From contig NC_069003.1 of the NCBI RefSeq assembly GCF_001194135.2, forward strand, positions 5,699,585-5,763,584: DNA of 64,000 bases. The letters are read 5' to 3'. The notes under the pieces are model-generated. The model did no database searches and had not been told where the DNA came from. It was given only the letters and a program-made list of their open reading frames with translations. A program made the translations under genes and the position numbers. The DNA is from Octopus bimaculoides. Taxonomy: Eukaryota. How positions within the stretch are numbered: position 1 is the stretch's first letter; each line of letters opens with the position of its first letter. Below are positions 12,190-22,847 of this stretch, piece by piece.

Positions 12190-12375
12190 TAAACCCATTT
12201 TTACTTCTGGGAAGTGGTGGTCTACATTTGTCTAGTCTCTCTCCTTTCACCTGTCCAGCAAAGCAGGCCCCTACCAGCAGCTCATGCTCTGCTGGCATAG
12301 CTCTCAGGGTCATTGAGGCACCCAAGGACTGGACCTTGTGTCGAGGTGTTTGACAGGGTAATTCTACCATAGTCT
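12190..12375 (-). mobile_element. RTE-like 5'UTR fragment
   Basis: Minus strand GACCCTGAGAGCTATGCCAGC...GGTAGGGGCCTGCTTTGCTGGACAGGTGAAAGG resembles RTE 5' leaders and matches 37205-37285 (+). Confidence 0.45.
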
Positions 12376-12508
12376 CTCTGAGAATTCTTCTTGCAGTTTC
12401 TATCCACCAAATTTAGCTCTTGGGGCTTCAGTCTACCCAAGGCTCTGGTGGAAGACACACAATTGCTCAAGGTGCCCACATAGTGCCCACAATTGCTCAA
12501 GGTGCCCA

Positions 12509-12740
12509 AAGGCGGCGAGCTGGCAGAAACATTAGCAGGCCGGGCGAAATGCTTAGCGGTATTTCGTCTGCCGCTACCTTTCTGAGTTCAAATTCTGCCG
12601 AGGTCAACTTTGCCTTTCATCCTTTCGGGGTCGATTAAATAAGTACCAGTTACGCACTGGGGTCAATATAATCGACTTAATCCCTTTGTCTGTCCCTGTT
12701 TGTCCCCTCTGTGTGTAGCCCCTTGTGGGTAGTAAAGAAA
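12509..12740 (+). mobile_element. Young full-length tRNA-derived SINE type A (Meta-domain-like core) with 11-bp TSD
   Basis: A-box TGGCAGAAACATTAG, B-box GAGTTCAAATTC, core GCCTTTCATCCTTTCGGGGTCGAT.AAATAAGTACCAG, CpGs retained. TSD CAAGGTGCCCA at 12498-12508 and 12741-12751. Confidence 0.9.
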
Positions 12741-12914
12741 CAAGGTGCCCACATAGTTGGAAAGCAGATTTCTAAACTACAAAGCCAACCCTTTTGCTTG
12801 TCTCAGAAATAATCATTACTATTTATTGATGTTGTTGGCTAAATGAGCTGGACAAAGATCTTAATCACACATTTATATCTGTGGCCATGTGAGCAATAAT
12901 TAGCATTGATGCAT

Positions 12915-13470
12915 GCATGCCTGTCTGGTGAAGAAGTTTACTTTCTAACTACATGAGCTTAGGCTCAGCTCCACTGCATGGCAACATAGGCAGCTTCTGC
13001 TGTAGCCCTAGGTTGATCAAAGCTTTGTGAGTGAATTTGGCAGAGGGAAACTGAAAGAAGCTTAATATATGTGTGTTTGTGTGAATATATTTATGTGTAT
13101 TTGCGTGTATTCATACACCAACACATGCACGTGCATGCTTACATACACACACACATACCTGTATGTATGTGTGTGTATATATATATATATACACACATAC
13201 CTGTATGTGTGTGTGTATATATATATATATATGCAAGTGTGTGTATGTATCTCCTTGTCTTCACATTGCATGAAGGTTGTAAATGAGTGTCACTGTCATG
13301 GAAGTAATGTCATTCATTGTCAATATTCTACAAGAACATACCTGGCCATAGAGAAATATTACCTTGCTTAGAAACAGGTGGGGTTTGACAACAGGAAGGG
13401 CATCCAGCTGTAGAAAGTCTACCCCAATAAACTGTCCAACTCATGCAAGCATGGAAAAGTGGGTATTAAA
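12915..13470 (+). mobile_element. Composite SINE: type B head + microsatellite + tail module I
   Basis: Decayed B head 12915-13060, (TA/TG/CA)n 13065-13250, module I 13250-13470 ending GGAAAAGTGGGTATTAAATGAT. Confidence 0.7.
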
Positions 13471-13614
13471 TGATATTGTTTAATATTTTTTTCTACTCTA
13501 GGCCCAAGGCGCAAAATTTTTGAGGAGGGGGCCAGTTGATTAGATCGACCCCAGTACACAACTGGTACTTAATTTATCAACCCTGAAAGGATGAAAGGCA
13601 AGCTGACCTCAGAG

Positions 13615-13912
13615 GCGGGCCGACCAAAGCCTTGTGAGTGGATTTGGTAGACAGAAACTGAAAGAAGCCCATTGTATATATGTATATATATGTGTATGTG
13701 TGTGTATATGTTTGTGTGTCTGTGTTTGTCCCCCAACATCGCTTGACAACCAATGCTGGTGTGTTTACGTCCCTGTAACTTAGCGGTTCGGCAAAAGAGA
13801 CCGACAGAATAAGTACTAGGCTTACAAAGAATAAGTCTTGGGGTCGATTTGCTCGACTAAAGGCGGTGCTCCAGCATGGCTGCAGTCAAATGACTGAAAC
13901 AAGTAAAAGAGA
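13615..13912 (+). mobile_element. SINE type B, young, 5'-truncated
   Basis: GGGCCGACCAAAGCCTTGTGAGTGGATTTGG...GGCGGTGCTCCAGCATGGCTGCAGTCAAATGACTGAAACAAGTAAAAGA with CpGs preserved. Confidence 0.9.
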
Positions 13913-14606
13913 AAGAGAGAAATTAATTGAAACAAAGCAGAGTATTTCAACAGATATATGGTAACAAAAGAGTGGAAACAGGAAGCTTGTATCATAGAAC
14001 CAGGGACAGTCTCGAGTGGGTTGGTTGGTTTTGAAAGAGTGAACAAGCAAGACAAACAAAAACATAGTCTTCAGAAGTATACTTTCGAAAACATTTCAAA
14101 ATCACAAGAGAAATTCTTTGATCCTTATCTTTATGGAAAACAATGGTGTTGCCAACCGTATAATAGCAACAAAGCAATCTACCTGTCATTACTTATTCTT
14201 CATATCACCAAACTAAATGTGATTCAGTGAAATATTCTTCGGTAAATTAGTTCTTGCTTTAGAATTTATTTTGCACTTTAACAAATCAATATGTTGACAA
14301 CTGTCTTCTCTTTCATGTTGCTCAACACCCCTCCATCTCCTCCTCTGCCTATTCCTCTTCCTCCTTTTCGTTTGACCATCTACTTTGACCATTAAACCAG
14401 TGAGCTGTGTCAGTCACAAGATTTTGTCTTTTACTTGTTTCAGTCATTGGACTGTGGCCATGCTAGGGCACCACCTTGAAGGATTTTAGTTGAACAGATC
14501 AATTCCAGTACTTATTCTCTTTTAAGTCTGGCACCTATTCTACCAGTCTCTTTTGCCAAACCACTAAGTTATGGGGATGTAAACAAACCAACACTGGCTC
14601 TCAAAC

Positions 14607-14929
14607 CTGGCTTTCCATCGAATACGATGACGAGTGTTCCAGTTGATTCAATAAATGGAACAGCCTGCTCATGAAATTAACGTGCAACTGGCTGAGCACT
14701 CCACAGATGTGTGTGCCCTTAATGTAGTTCTCTAGGAGATTTATCATGACACAGAATTTGATATGGCTGACCCTTTGAAGTACAGGTACAACTCATTTTT
14801 ACCAGCTGAGTGGAGTGGGGCAATGTGAAATAAAGGGTCTTGCTCAAGGACACAACATGCTACCAGGAATCAAACTCATGACCTTACAATCATGAACCGA
14901 ATACCCTAACCACCAAGCCACGTGCTTCA
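14607..14929 (-). mobile_element. tRNA-derived SINE type D, full length
   Basis: Minus strand: A-box TGGCTTGGTGGTTAG, B-box GAGTTTGATTCC, then GTGTCCTTGAGCAAGAC. Other copies at 3845-4120 and 28505-28712 (-), and a head at 44350-44505 (+). Confidence 0.85.
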
Positions 14930-15308
14930 TCTGGTTGTCAAGCCGTGGGGGAGACAAAGACAGGCACAGANNNNNNNNNNNNNNNNNNNNNNNNNNNNNN
15001 NNNNNNNNNNNNNNNNNNNNNNNNNNNNNNNNNNNNNNNNNNNNNNNNNNNNNNNNNNNNNNNNNNNNNNNNNNNNNNNNNNNNNNNNNNNNNNNNNNNN
15101 NNNNNNNNNNNNNNNNNNNNNNNNNNNNNNNNNNNNNNNNNNNNNNNNNNNNNNNNNNNNNNNNNNNNNNNNNNNNNNNNNNNNNNNNNNNNNNNNNNNN
15201 NNNNNNNNNNNNNNNNNNNNNNNNNNNNNNNNNNNNNNNNNNNNNNNNNNNNNNNNNNNNNNNNNNNNNNNNNNNNNNNNNNNNNNNNNNNNNNNNNNNN
15301 NNNNNNNG

Positions 15309-15349
<41 letters not shown>

Positions 15350-15530
15350 TACATATACACACACACATATATATGACAGGCTTCTTTCAGTTTCCGTCTT
15401 CCAGACTCACTCACAAGGCTTTGGTTGGCTGAAGGCTGTGGTAGTAGACACTTGCCTAAAGTGCCATGCAATGGGACTGAACCCAGAAACAAGTAGTTGA
15501 GAATCGAGCTTCTTAATACACTGCCACACC
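14930..15530 (-). mobile_element. SINE type B spanning assembly gap 14971-15308
   Basis: Tail fragment left of the gap; (TA)n and head (GACAGGCTTCTTTCAGTTTCCGTC...) right of it. Confidence 0.8.
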
Positions 15531-15549
15531 TACACCTATAATACATACA

Positions 15550-15585
<36 letters not shown>

Positions 15586-17353
15586 TGACAGGCATCCACA
15601 GTTTCTATTTACCAAGTTCACTCACAAAGTCTTGCGTGGTCCAAAGCCTAAGGAGATGACAATTACCCAGGGTACCGTGCAATGGGACTGAACCACATGA
15701 TACATGATAACCACATGGTTGGTTATCAGTTCAATCCATGTACTAAGCCAGCAAGAAAGACTCCTGTAAACTCAATTTTTAACCTGTCAACAATTGTCTT
15801 CTCTTTCATGTCACTAGATCCTCCTCCCCCTCGTCATCATCTCCCTCTTGCTCTTCCCCTTGCTCCTTCCCCTCCCCTCCTCCCCATGTTCTTCCCTTTC
15901 TCCTCCACTTGTTGAATAATATGAAAGAAATACTTTGAAGAATAATACATCAGAGAAAATGAAATGAAAGGAGAAGAGATGAAAAACAAGAAAAAAAAAG
16001 ATCAACAAAAGCCTTCTTTTATCAAATTAGTGCAGACAATTATCTTGTTTATGGATCTTTAATCATAATCTATGCTGAATTTTTGGGGTGGCAGATTTAG
16101 TCCATCACCCAATTTACAAGTCTTATGGGTCTGACATTTCCAAGGGTCACTACTGGGGTGAGGGTCATCTCACTCCAACGTGTAATGTGTTCTCAACACA
16201 GTACGTCTATGACGATTTGATGGAATGTTGGATTTTGTCTAGGCATGTGACCAGTGAGTACACATTGACAAAACTCAAGGCAGCTAAAACACATCTGATA
16301 TTCTCCACTGCTGGGGTGAGGTTCATCTCACTCTGGTATATATGTTTTTAACATGGCATGCCTATGAAGAGATTTTCTCTCAAACAAAAATCACAGCACC
16401 ATGCCTGTTAATGGTTGATATTTGTTAAATATGACACATTAGATGGCTATTCTAATTTAATGCTGTTTCAATTGCATACACTGAGTTTTTATTCAGCCCA
16501 GCAGCTTTCCAGAGTATCAGTGAATATTTCATTCACTGTTTCCTATATAACAAGGGTGAGGAGGGTTATGGATTTTGTTTAGGTATGTAACCAGTGAGTA
16601 TGTGTCATTGAAATCCCCCCCCCCCCAGCAGAGTGACCTATGACATTTTTGTAGGTCACTGCTGGGGGTGAGGCTCATCTTGGTCTTGATATACCTTGTG
16701 TTTTTGACACAGCATGTCTTTGAAGAGACTTTCTTTCAGACAAGAACCACAACTTCCTGTCTGCTAATGATGTGTATATATATATGTGTTAAGTATGACA
16801 CATAGATGGCTATTTCAATTTTGTACTAATGGACATTTCTCTATTACTGATACACAATGATTGTTGTCATATAAATGTTAATAATAGAAACGGTCTGGTT
16901 TTATTGTGCAACAGAAGTTCATTGCTGTTTTGTGTCGTAGATAAGTGTATGTTGTATATCTTTTAATAATTGTAATTTGAGTCAGTAAAATACAATTATC
17001 AGTCCACCTGAAGTCAATTATAAACTTCTTTAATGCTATTTCTGCTATTAAGGAAAGTGTATGAACATTTCAGCTTCCTATTTCCATTTAATCTAAAGTA
17101 AACAACCACAACAATTTTATGACTAAAGACATTCTAGCTATGACCATCTCATATTTTATTCAGGCATAGTATATGTAGGACTACATTATTCAGTATGTCC
17201 TTTTTTTTAAAGCTTGCAGGGTTTCATTGACAGGATATTTTGCTGCTTTTTAAAAAATTTTTTAGCAATTCAAGCAACCATGTATAAGCTCTTGTGTATT
17301 GATGTGTGATGCTTTGTTGATTTGCTGTATGACTTTATTACTCACTGCTCTAG

Positions 17354-17364
17354 GTATGTGAACA
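17354..17364 (+). other. Candidate 11-nt microexon GTATGTGAACA
   Basis: About 60-nt AG-free U-rich zone, CTCAC, TGC and TAG acceptor upstream; GTAAGT donor at 17365. Splice signals only, no expression evidence. Confidence 0.3.
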
Positions 17365-17408
17365 GTAAGTTATTGTAGGTCAGACTTGTACTCTGTAATA
17401 CTCTGATA

Positions 17409-17940
17409 TACAAGGTCTGATCAAAAAGTACTGGGACATGTACTATGGTTATTGAGCTCATAAAGTGTGCAAAGTGAAGCCACTTGATCATGATCTTGAA
17501 CTCTGTCGTGCATGCACACTAAGTTATAATGTTTTCACTCACTTTTGTTCTTTATAGCAGTGCTTGGAAGTAAAATGTGAAGATTGTGTTTGCCTCAGAA
17601 TGTGCAGGATCTCCTTGATTGTGTCAAGGAGAGCAAAAACGGACATAATAGGGGATGAATTATAGGTCGATGGTTATTGCTCTGAAACTGAGGCCGTCTT
17701 TGCAATGATTTTAAGATGTCAAGTAAATCGAAGAGAATGTGATGAGGCCGCTGCTTGCTAACCCAAAATATGAGATACCAAGTATGCTTCCATCAATAGA
17801 AATGATGCTGGATAAAGTGTGTGGCTTCAGAAGGGGACTATTTCAACGGAGATTAAATGCTGAATTGATCTGTGTTGTAGTTTTTTTTTGTTTTGTTTTT
17901 TTTACAGCACCAGTCCCAATACTTTTGGATCAGACCTCAT
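17409..17940 (+). mobile_element. Internally deleted mariner-family element with both TIRs
   Basis: TIRs TACAAGGTCTGATCAAAAAGTACTGGGAC and GTCCCAATACTTTTGGATCAGACCTCAT. Internal CFHQ*K*CWIKCVASEGDYFNGD* is a mariner transposase C-terminus (KC...GDYFE-type). Confidence 0.85.
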
Positions 17941-18172
17941 TGGTCATATTAGTACATAGTAGTATTCTGATGTAAGCTACAGCTCTAAAGAATTCTGTTT
18001 CGGGATTTAACTGTTGCTGTCTTTTAAACTTTGCAATGGAAATCTTTCTTTTTTTTTTGTTTTCATTTTCAAAACTTGTGTTAATTTTAAAATGAAACCC
18101 AAATCACCTGCCTTTAAATTGATCCCAAGGGAGCAGCCATAAATGAGATCACATGTAAATGAATAAATAAAT

Positions 18173-18572
18173 AGGTGCAGGCATGACTGTGTGGTAAGGA
18201 GCTTGCTTCCCAACCACATGGTTCTTGGTTCAGTCCCACTGCATGGCACCTTGGGCAAGCATCTTCTAATATAACCTTGGGCTGATTAAAGCCTTGCAAG
18301 TGAATTCTGTAGATTGAAACTGAAAGAAGATTGTCATATATGTGTGTGTGTGTGTGTGTCTGTATTTGTCCCCCTCTCTCCTTGACAACCAGTGTTGGCA
18401 TGTTTATGTCCTTGTAACTTAGCAATTCAGCAAAAGCAATTGATAGAGTAACTACCGGGCTTGAAAATAGAAACAAAGGTACTGGGGCTGATTCATTCGA
18501 CTAAAATGTCTTCAAGGTGATGCCCCAGCATGGCCACTGTCTAATGATTAAAACAAAAGTTAAAAGATAAAA
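18173..18572 (+). mobile_element. SINE type B, full length
   Basis: tRNA-like head (A-box region TGACTGTGTGGTAAG, B-box GGTTCAGTCCC), GGCACCTTGGGCAAG, internal (TG)n and tail B1. Confidence 0.9.
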
Positions 18573-18636
18573 AACTAAAATAAATTAATCAAACTATTTG
18601 TGTGTGTGTGGATGTAGACAAGGCCTTATAATTCAG

Positions 18637-18859
18637 CCCTTTTGTTATATTTCTACTGAATTATACTGCCTTCATTTTAATTAATTTTGAAAATGTTGGC
18701 CAAATTAATTAAAATAACTTTGTCATTTATTAAGATGTAGTGTTTGGGGTGTAAGTTAATGTGAAATTTTGATAGAAGGTTTTCATTCAGCTCACTTTAA
18801 ACCTGGGAATTTGTATGAGAGAACCATAGGCTGTTTCATGTAGGTTGGTATCAAAAGGG
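18637..18859. mobile_element. piggyBac-type MITE (family H)
   Basis: Termini CCCTTTTGTTA.../...TATCAAAAGGG with decayed TTAA flanks. Related ends at about 13930-13976, 32720-32820 and 40454-40757. Confidence 0.7.
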
Positions 18860-18995
18860 TTGATGGTTCAATCTCCCTGTGTGGCAGCTTGAACATGTAT
18901 TTTCTATCATAACCTTGCATTGACTCAAACCTTGTGAGTGAAATTGGAAAGACAAACTGGAGAAGCCTGTTTATCAGACTGTATCTACAACTTAA

Positions 18996-19724
18996 CCCTT
19001 CATCAATTGGATTATTCTCTCAAATGTAATGCTTATTTATTCACATTGTTTTCAATTAATCAGACATTATGTTGCAGCTTGTAAGATTTTGATAATGTGA
19101 TTATTTACTTTTAGAATGACATTGTAGGATCAGTGTGAGCGACTAGGTCTAATCAGTTTGAAAATAAAGCAGGTAGAATATTTTTAGCTAGAGATGGCCT
19201 GTTTAAATGCTAATGGATTAACCCTTTTAGCATTCAGATTGCTCTAATAAATGTAATGCTTACTTGTTCACATTGTTTTGAATTAATCATGCATTATGTT
19301 ATGGCTTTGAGATATCAATGTAATTGCTTATTTTTAGAATAAAATTGTTGGGTAGGTGTGAGAGGTTGGATATGGTCAATCTGAACATAAAACAGGTAGA
19401 ATATTTTGGGTGGTTTAAATGCTAAAGGTTTAAAAAGTTCAGTCTCATCTCTCACTCTCTCAAACACATGCATGCACACACACAGATCTTGTCTGAGAAT
19501 TTGAGAATTACATTAACTCTTTAACATTTAAACAGGCCATATCCAGCCAAAATATTCTACATGCTTTAGCCAGATCCAACTTCTCGCACCTATCCTTCAA
19601 TGTCATTCTAAAAACAAACACATCATCAAAATCGCTCAATGCTATGAGATAATGCATGATTAATTCTAAACAATGTGAACCAATAAGCATTACCATTTCA
19701 AAGAATAATCTGAATGCTGAATGG
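18996..19724. mobile_element. Three adjacent piggyBac-type MITEs (family G, about 210-220 bp each)
   Basis: Copies at 18996-19217, 19222-19429 (shared TTAA at 19218-19221) and inverted 19517-19724. Termini TTAA-CCCTTT(T)AGCATT...AATGCTAAAGG-TTAA. Confidence 0.85.
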
Positions 19725-19892
19725 TTAAGCATCTAAATTCCATTGTTGGTAGTTCCGAGGAAAAGCTTTTAAAATACATGTATGTTTAATGTATGTGTGT
19801 GTGTGTGTGTGTATGTATGTATATATATATGTGTGTGTGTGTGTGTGTATATATATGTGTATATATGTATGTATATATGTGTGTGTATAATA

Positions 19893-19937
<45 letters not shown>

Positions 19938-20685
19938 GTGTATTTATATGAATGTATTGTCCTGGTTATTGACATTAAACTGCATCTGGTGATGAGGCTC
20001 TAGTCCTAGAGTGCTGGAGCTGTGGGAAGTGTGGAGTCATCCCTCAATTACCATTACTCTCAGGTTTCTTATGTCTATGCATTAAATAGATCTCTCAGGG
20101 ATAGAGGAGGCTCCTGTTAATTTTTTGACAAAGCCGCCGGGAAGGCAGCTCTTTAAGGAGAAAGATACTCTGACGTCAAACTTGCAGTCAAAGTAGTTAC
20201 TAGTCATCCTGCAGTGTTTGTCACTGGAACCTTCTATGGCAACAGAGGGAGTGGCAAATGTGCTGTGCAGGCTTTTGTCACTTAAATCCAATGACCTACA
20301 GATGTCTCAATATTCCTTTCATATCTGGATCCGTTTTGTATTGTATAAAGTCCCATGACGAAGGACATCTGTGCACATGCAAGGATGAAAGTAAATGAGT
20401 GCAACCACGCTGAGTGTGAGGCGGCTATTATCCGACAAGATGTAGGAATCACCATGTGTGCGCGGAATGGATGTTTTATAGGTAGCTATATGTGGTGTGA
20501 GTGTGTATATGTTTGTGTGTGTGTATGTATGTATGGCTGTAGTAAGAAGCTTGCTTCCCAACAACATTGTTCTGGGTTCAGTCCCACTGCGTGGCACTTT
20601 GGGCAAGTCTCTTCTACTATGGCTTCGGGCCGACCAAAGCCTTGTGAGTGGATTTGGTAAGCGGAAACTGAAAGAAGCTCATTGC

Positions 20686-20730
<45 letters not shown>

Positions 20731-20739
20731 CACACAGAC

Positions 20740-21997
20740 AGCTGCATAAAGAAGTGCTGATCACTGAAAGTAGATGATAGAGGAAGGCGTGGGATGGAGT
20801 GGTAAAGACCAATCTCAGGATGTTGAGCACCCACGGAGGAAATGACAATGGACTGAGATGTCAGGCGATATGAAATCCTTGAGAAGACCCACCCACGAAA
20901 CAGTTCTAGAAGTGCTATGTGTCCCACCCACACTTGAAAAGAAAATTTCTCACACACTGAACCGCAACAAACCAAACTACATTTCTGCATCTCTTTCTCA
21001 CATTTCCACTTCATGCGCTAGGTTTACTCCCCACTTTCCAATCCTTCTCGGTCCTGTGTGACTGTATCATTGCTCTCCACTAGCTTCCGACCTGTGAATT
21101 CCACCCACACATAACAAGAAAACTTTCCACATACCCTACCCCAACAAACCAATCTACATCTCCACATCTCTTCTTCATATTTCCTCCTTCATACACAATG
21201 CCTAGCTCTCACTCCCCAACCTGTTCTCATGGCCCTGTTCCTTTGTATCATTGCTATCTGGTAGCCTCACTGACTCTATATATACCCAGGTTTCTGCCAC
21301 TCATCCCCCCACCTCCGCAGTCTTTGATCTTGCTCCCTTTGCAATATCCTACCATTTATTTCATGGAGTTTGAACCTCAAGGGTATGCCCTGGCACTTAC
21401 CACCATCTATATCTCTCTCTTCCTTTACTCAACCATCCCATTTATATTCTGATCCCCGTCCTTTGTAAGTATGGCTGTCACTTTGCCACCATCTCTGTCC
21501 TGCTGTCTTCCACTTTCTTTCTCTCTCTCTGTCTCTCTCCCGCCTTCTCCTGCACTTCCCTCATGTTGGGTAACCACATATTTCCTTTGTGGCAGCACAC
21601 TTGTTTCTGTCTTCATTCCTGATCTCTCTTTCTCTCTCCAGCTGGATAACCTTGTACCTCCTCTACAGCAAGACACCTGTTTCTGTCTCTCTGTCTTACA
21701 ATAACCTTTCATCATCCAACACAAGATCACCTCCCCCAATGCCCCCTCCCCTCTCAAAATAGTTTTTTTTTTGTCTTGCAAGTACTTGGTAACCCTTGTC
21801 AAAACTGCCCTCACCTGTGCTTGTGCCACATAAAAATCACTAAGTCCACTCTGCTGAGTGGTTGTTGTTAGAAAGAGCATCCAGCTGTAAAAGTCTTGCC
21901 AAAACAGTTACAAAAGTCTGGTGCAAGCTTCTGCCTGGTCAGTTCTTGTCAAATCGTCCTATCCATGCCACCATGGAAGGTGGACATTAAATGATGA
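20740..21997 (+). mobile_element. RTE LINE 3' fragment: ORF end, about 1-kb pyrimidine-rich 3'UTR and family C tail
   Basis: SCIKKC*SLKVD... then decayed MTMD*DVRRYEILEKT, a C/T-rich UTR, and GAGTGGTTG.TGTTAG.AAG.GCATCCAGCTGT...GGACATTAAATGATGAT. Confidence 0.7.
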
Positions 21998-22015
21998 TAT
22001 ATACATACACACACA

Positions 22016-22692
22016 TATTTGGTCATTCCATAAATACTGTGGTTTTTTTCAATTGCATGAACTAAAAGTCAAAGGTGGACAGGACCTGCATCAACTTGCT
22101 ATAAAAGCTGATAGTAATTTTACCTTGTTCTTATTCTTAGTGCAAGTTTTAATGAGTGCAGTTCAATTTTGACAGTTATTTTTTCAAAGCTATAATGGAA
22201 GTGACAAAGGAGCATATTCGGTATATTTTGCTTTATGAGTTCAATAAAGGCAACAACACAACAGAAAGTGTGAGAAATATTAATGCAATATACGAGGATC
22301 GGACAATAAGTGTAAGCCTGTGTCAGCGGTGATTCCAGAAATTCTGAGCTGGAAACTACAGCCTAGAAGACAAGCCTCATCCTGGAAGATCTGTAGAACT
22401 CAACAAGGATGTTCTGCAAACCCTGGTGGAACAAAACCCCATTATAAGTGTTGAGGAACTAGCAGAGAAGCTTGGATTAGGTCATTCAACAATTCATCAA
22501 CACCAGCGCTAGAAGAAAAACATCCATCTTTGGATTCAAGATGAAAGGCATTCTTCCATCAGGATAATGCCTGGCCACATACAGCGAGGATGACATTCCA
22601 AAGGCTGGAGTAATTTCAGTGGGAAACAATGCCCCACCCACCATACTCACCGGACATAGCCCCCATCTGATTATCATTTATTCCGCAGTCTT
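22016..22692 (+). pseudogene. Mariner transposase pseudogene (5' end, HTH region and catalytic C-part, internally deleted)
   Basis: ATG at 22195: MEVTKEHIRYILLYEFNKG...QR*FQKF*AGNYSLEDKPHPGRS...VEELAEKLG...TIHQH, then after a deletion and frameshift FFHQDNAWPHTA...HPPYSPDIAPSDYHLFRSL. YSPD.AP.D is a mariner hallmark. Four stops, two of them apparent CGA>TGA. Confidence 0.9.
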
Positions 22693-22847
22693 CGAGGCTG
22701 TGCTCCAGTATGGCCACAGTCAAATGACTGAAACAAGTAAAAGAAAAAAGAATATATATACATATATAAACAAAATAATATATTCCTCTACACACAATCA
22801 TACAAAAAGACCACCTTTTTTGTATTTATTTTTACTCGCATATATAT

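Noticed and set aside
14844-15621. Long ORFs of 130-290 aa around 15 kb, 23 kb, 48 kb and 51.5 kb
   Set aside because: They are mostly X residues from N-gaps. Only 23327-23644 is real, and it is a LINE remnant.
17276-17353. In-frame TGA read as selenocysteine (CIDV*CFVDLLYDFITHCS)
   Set aside because: No known selenoprotein motif and no SECIS recognised; the region is better explained as an acceptor tract.
18173-18260. tRNA genes at SINE heads
   Set aside because: A and B boxes are present but no complete cloverleaf; they continue into SINE bodies in dozens of copies.
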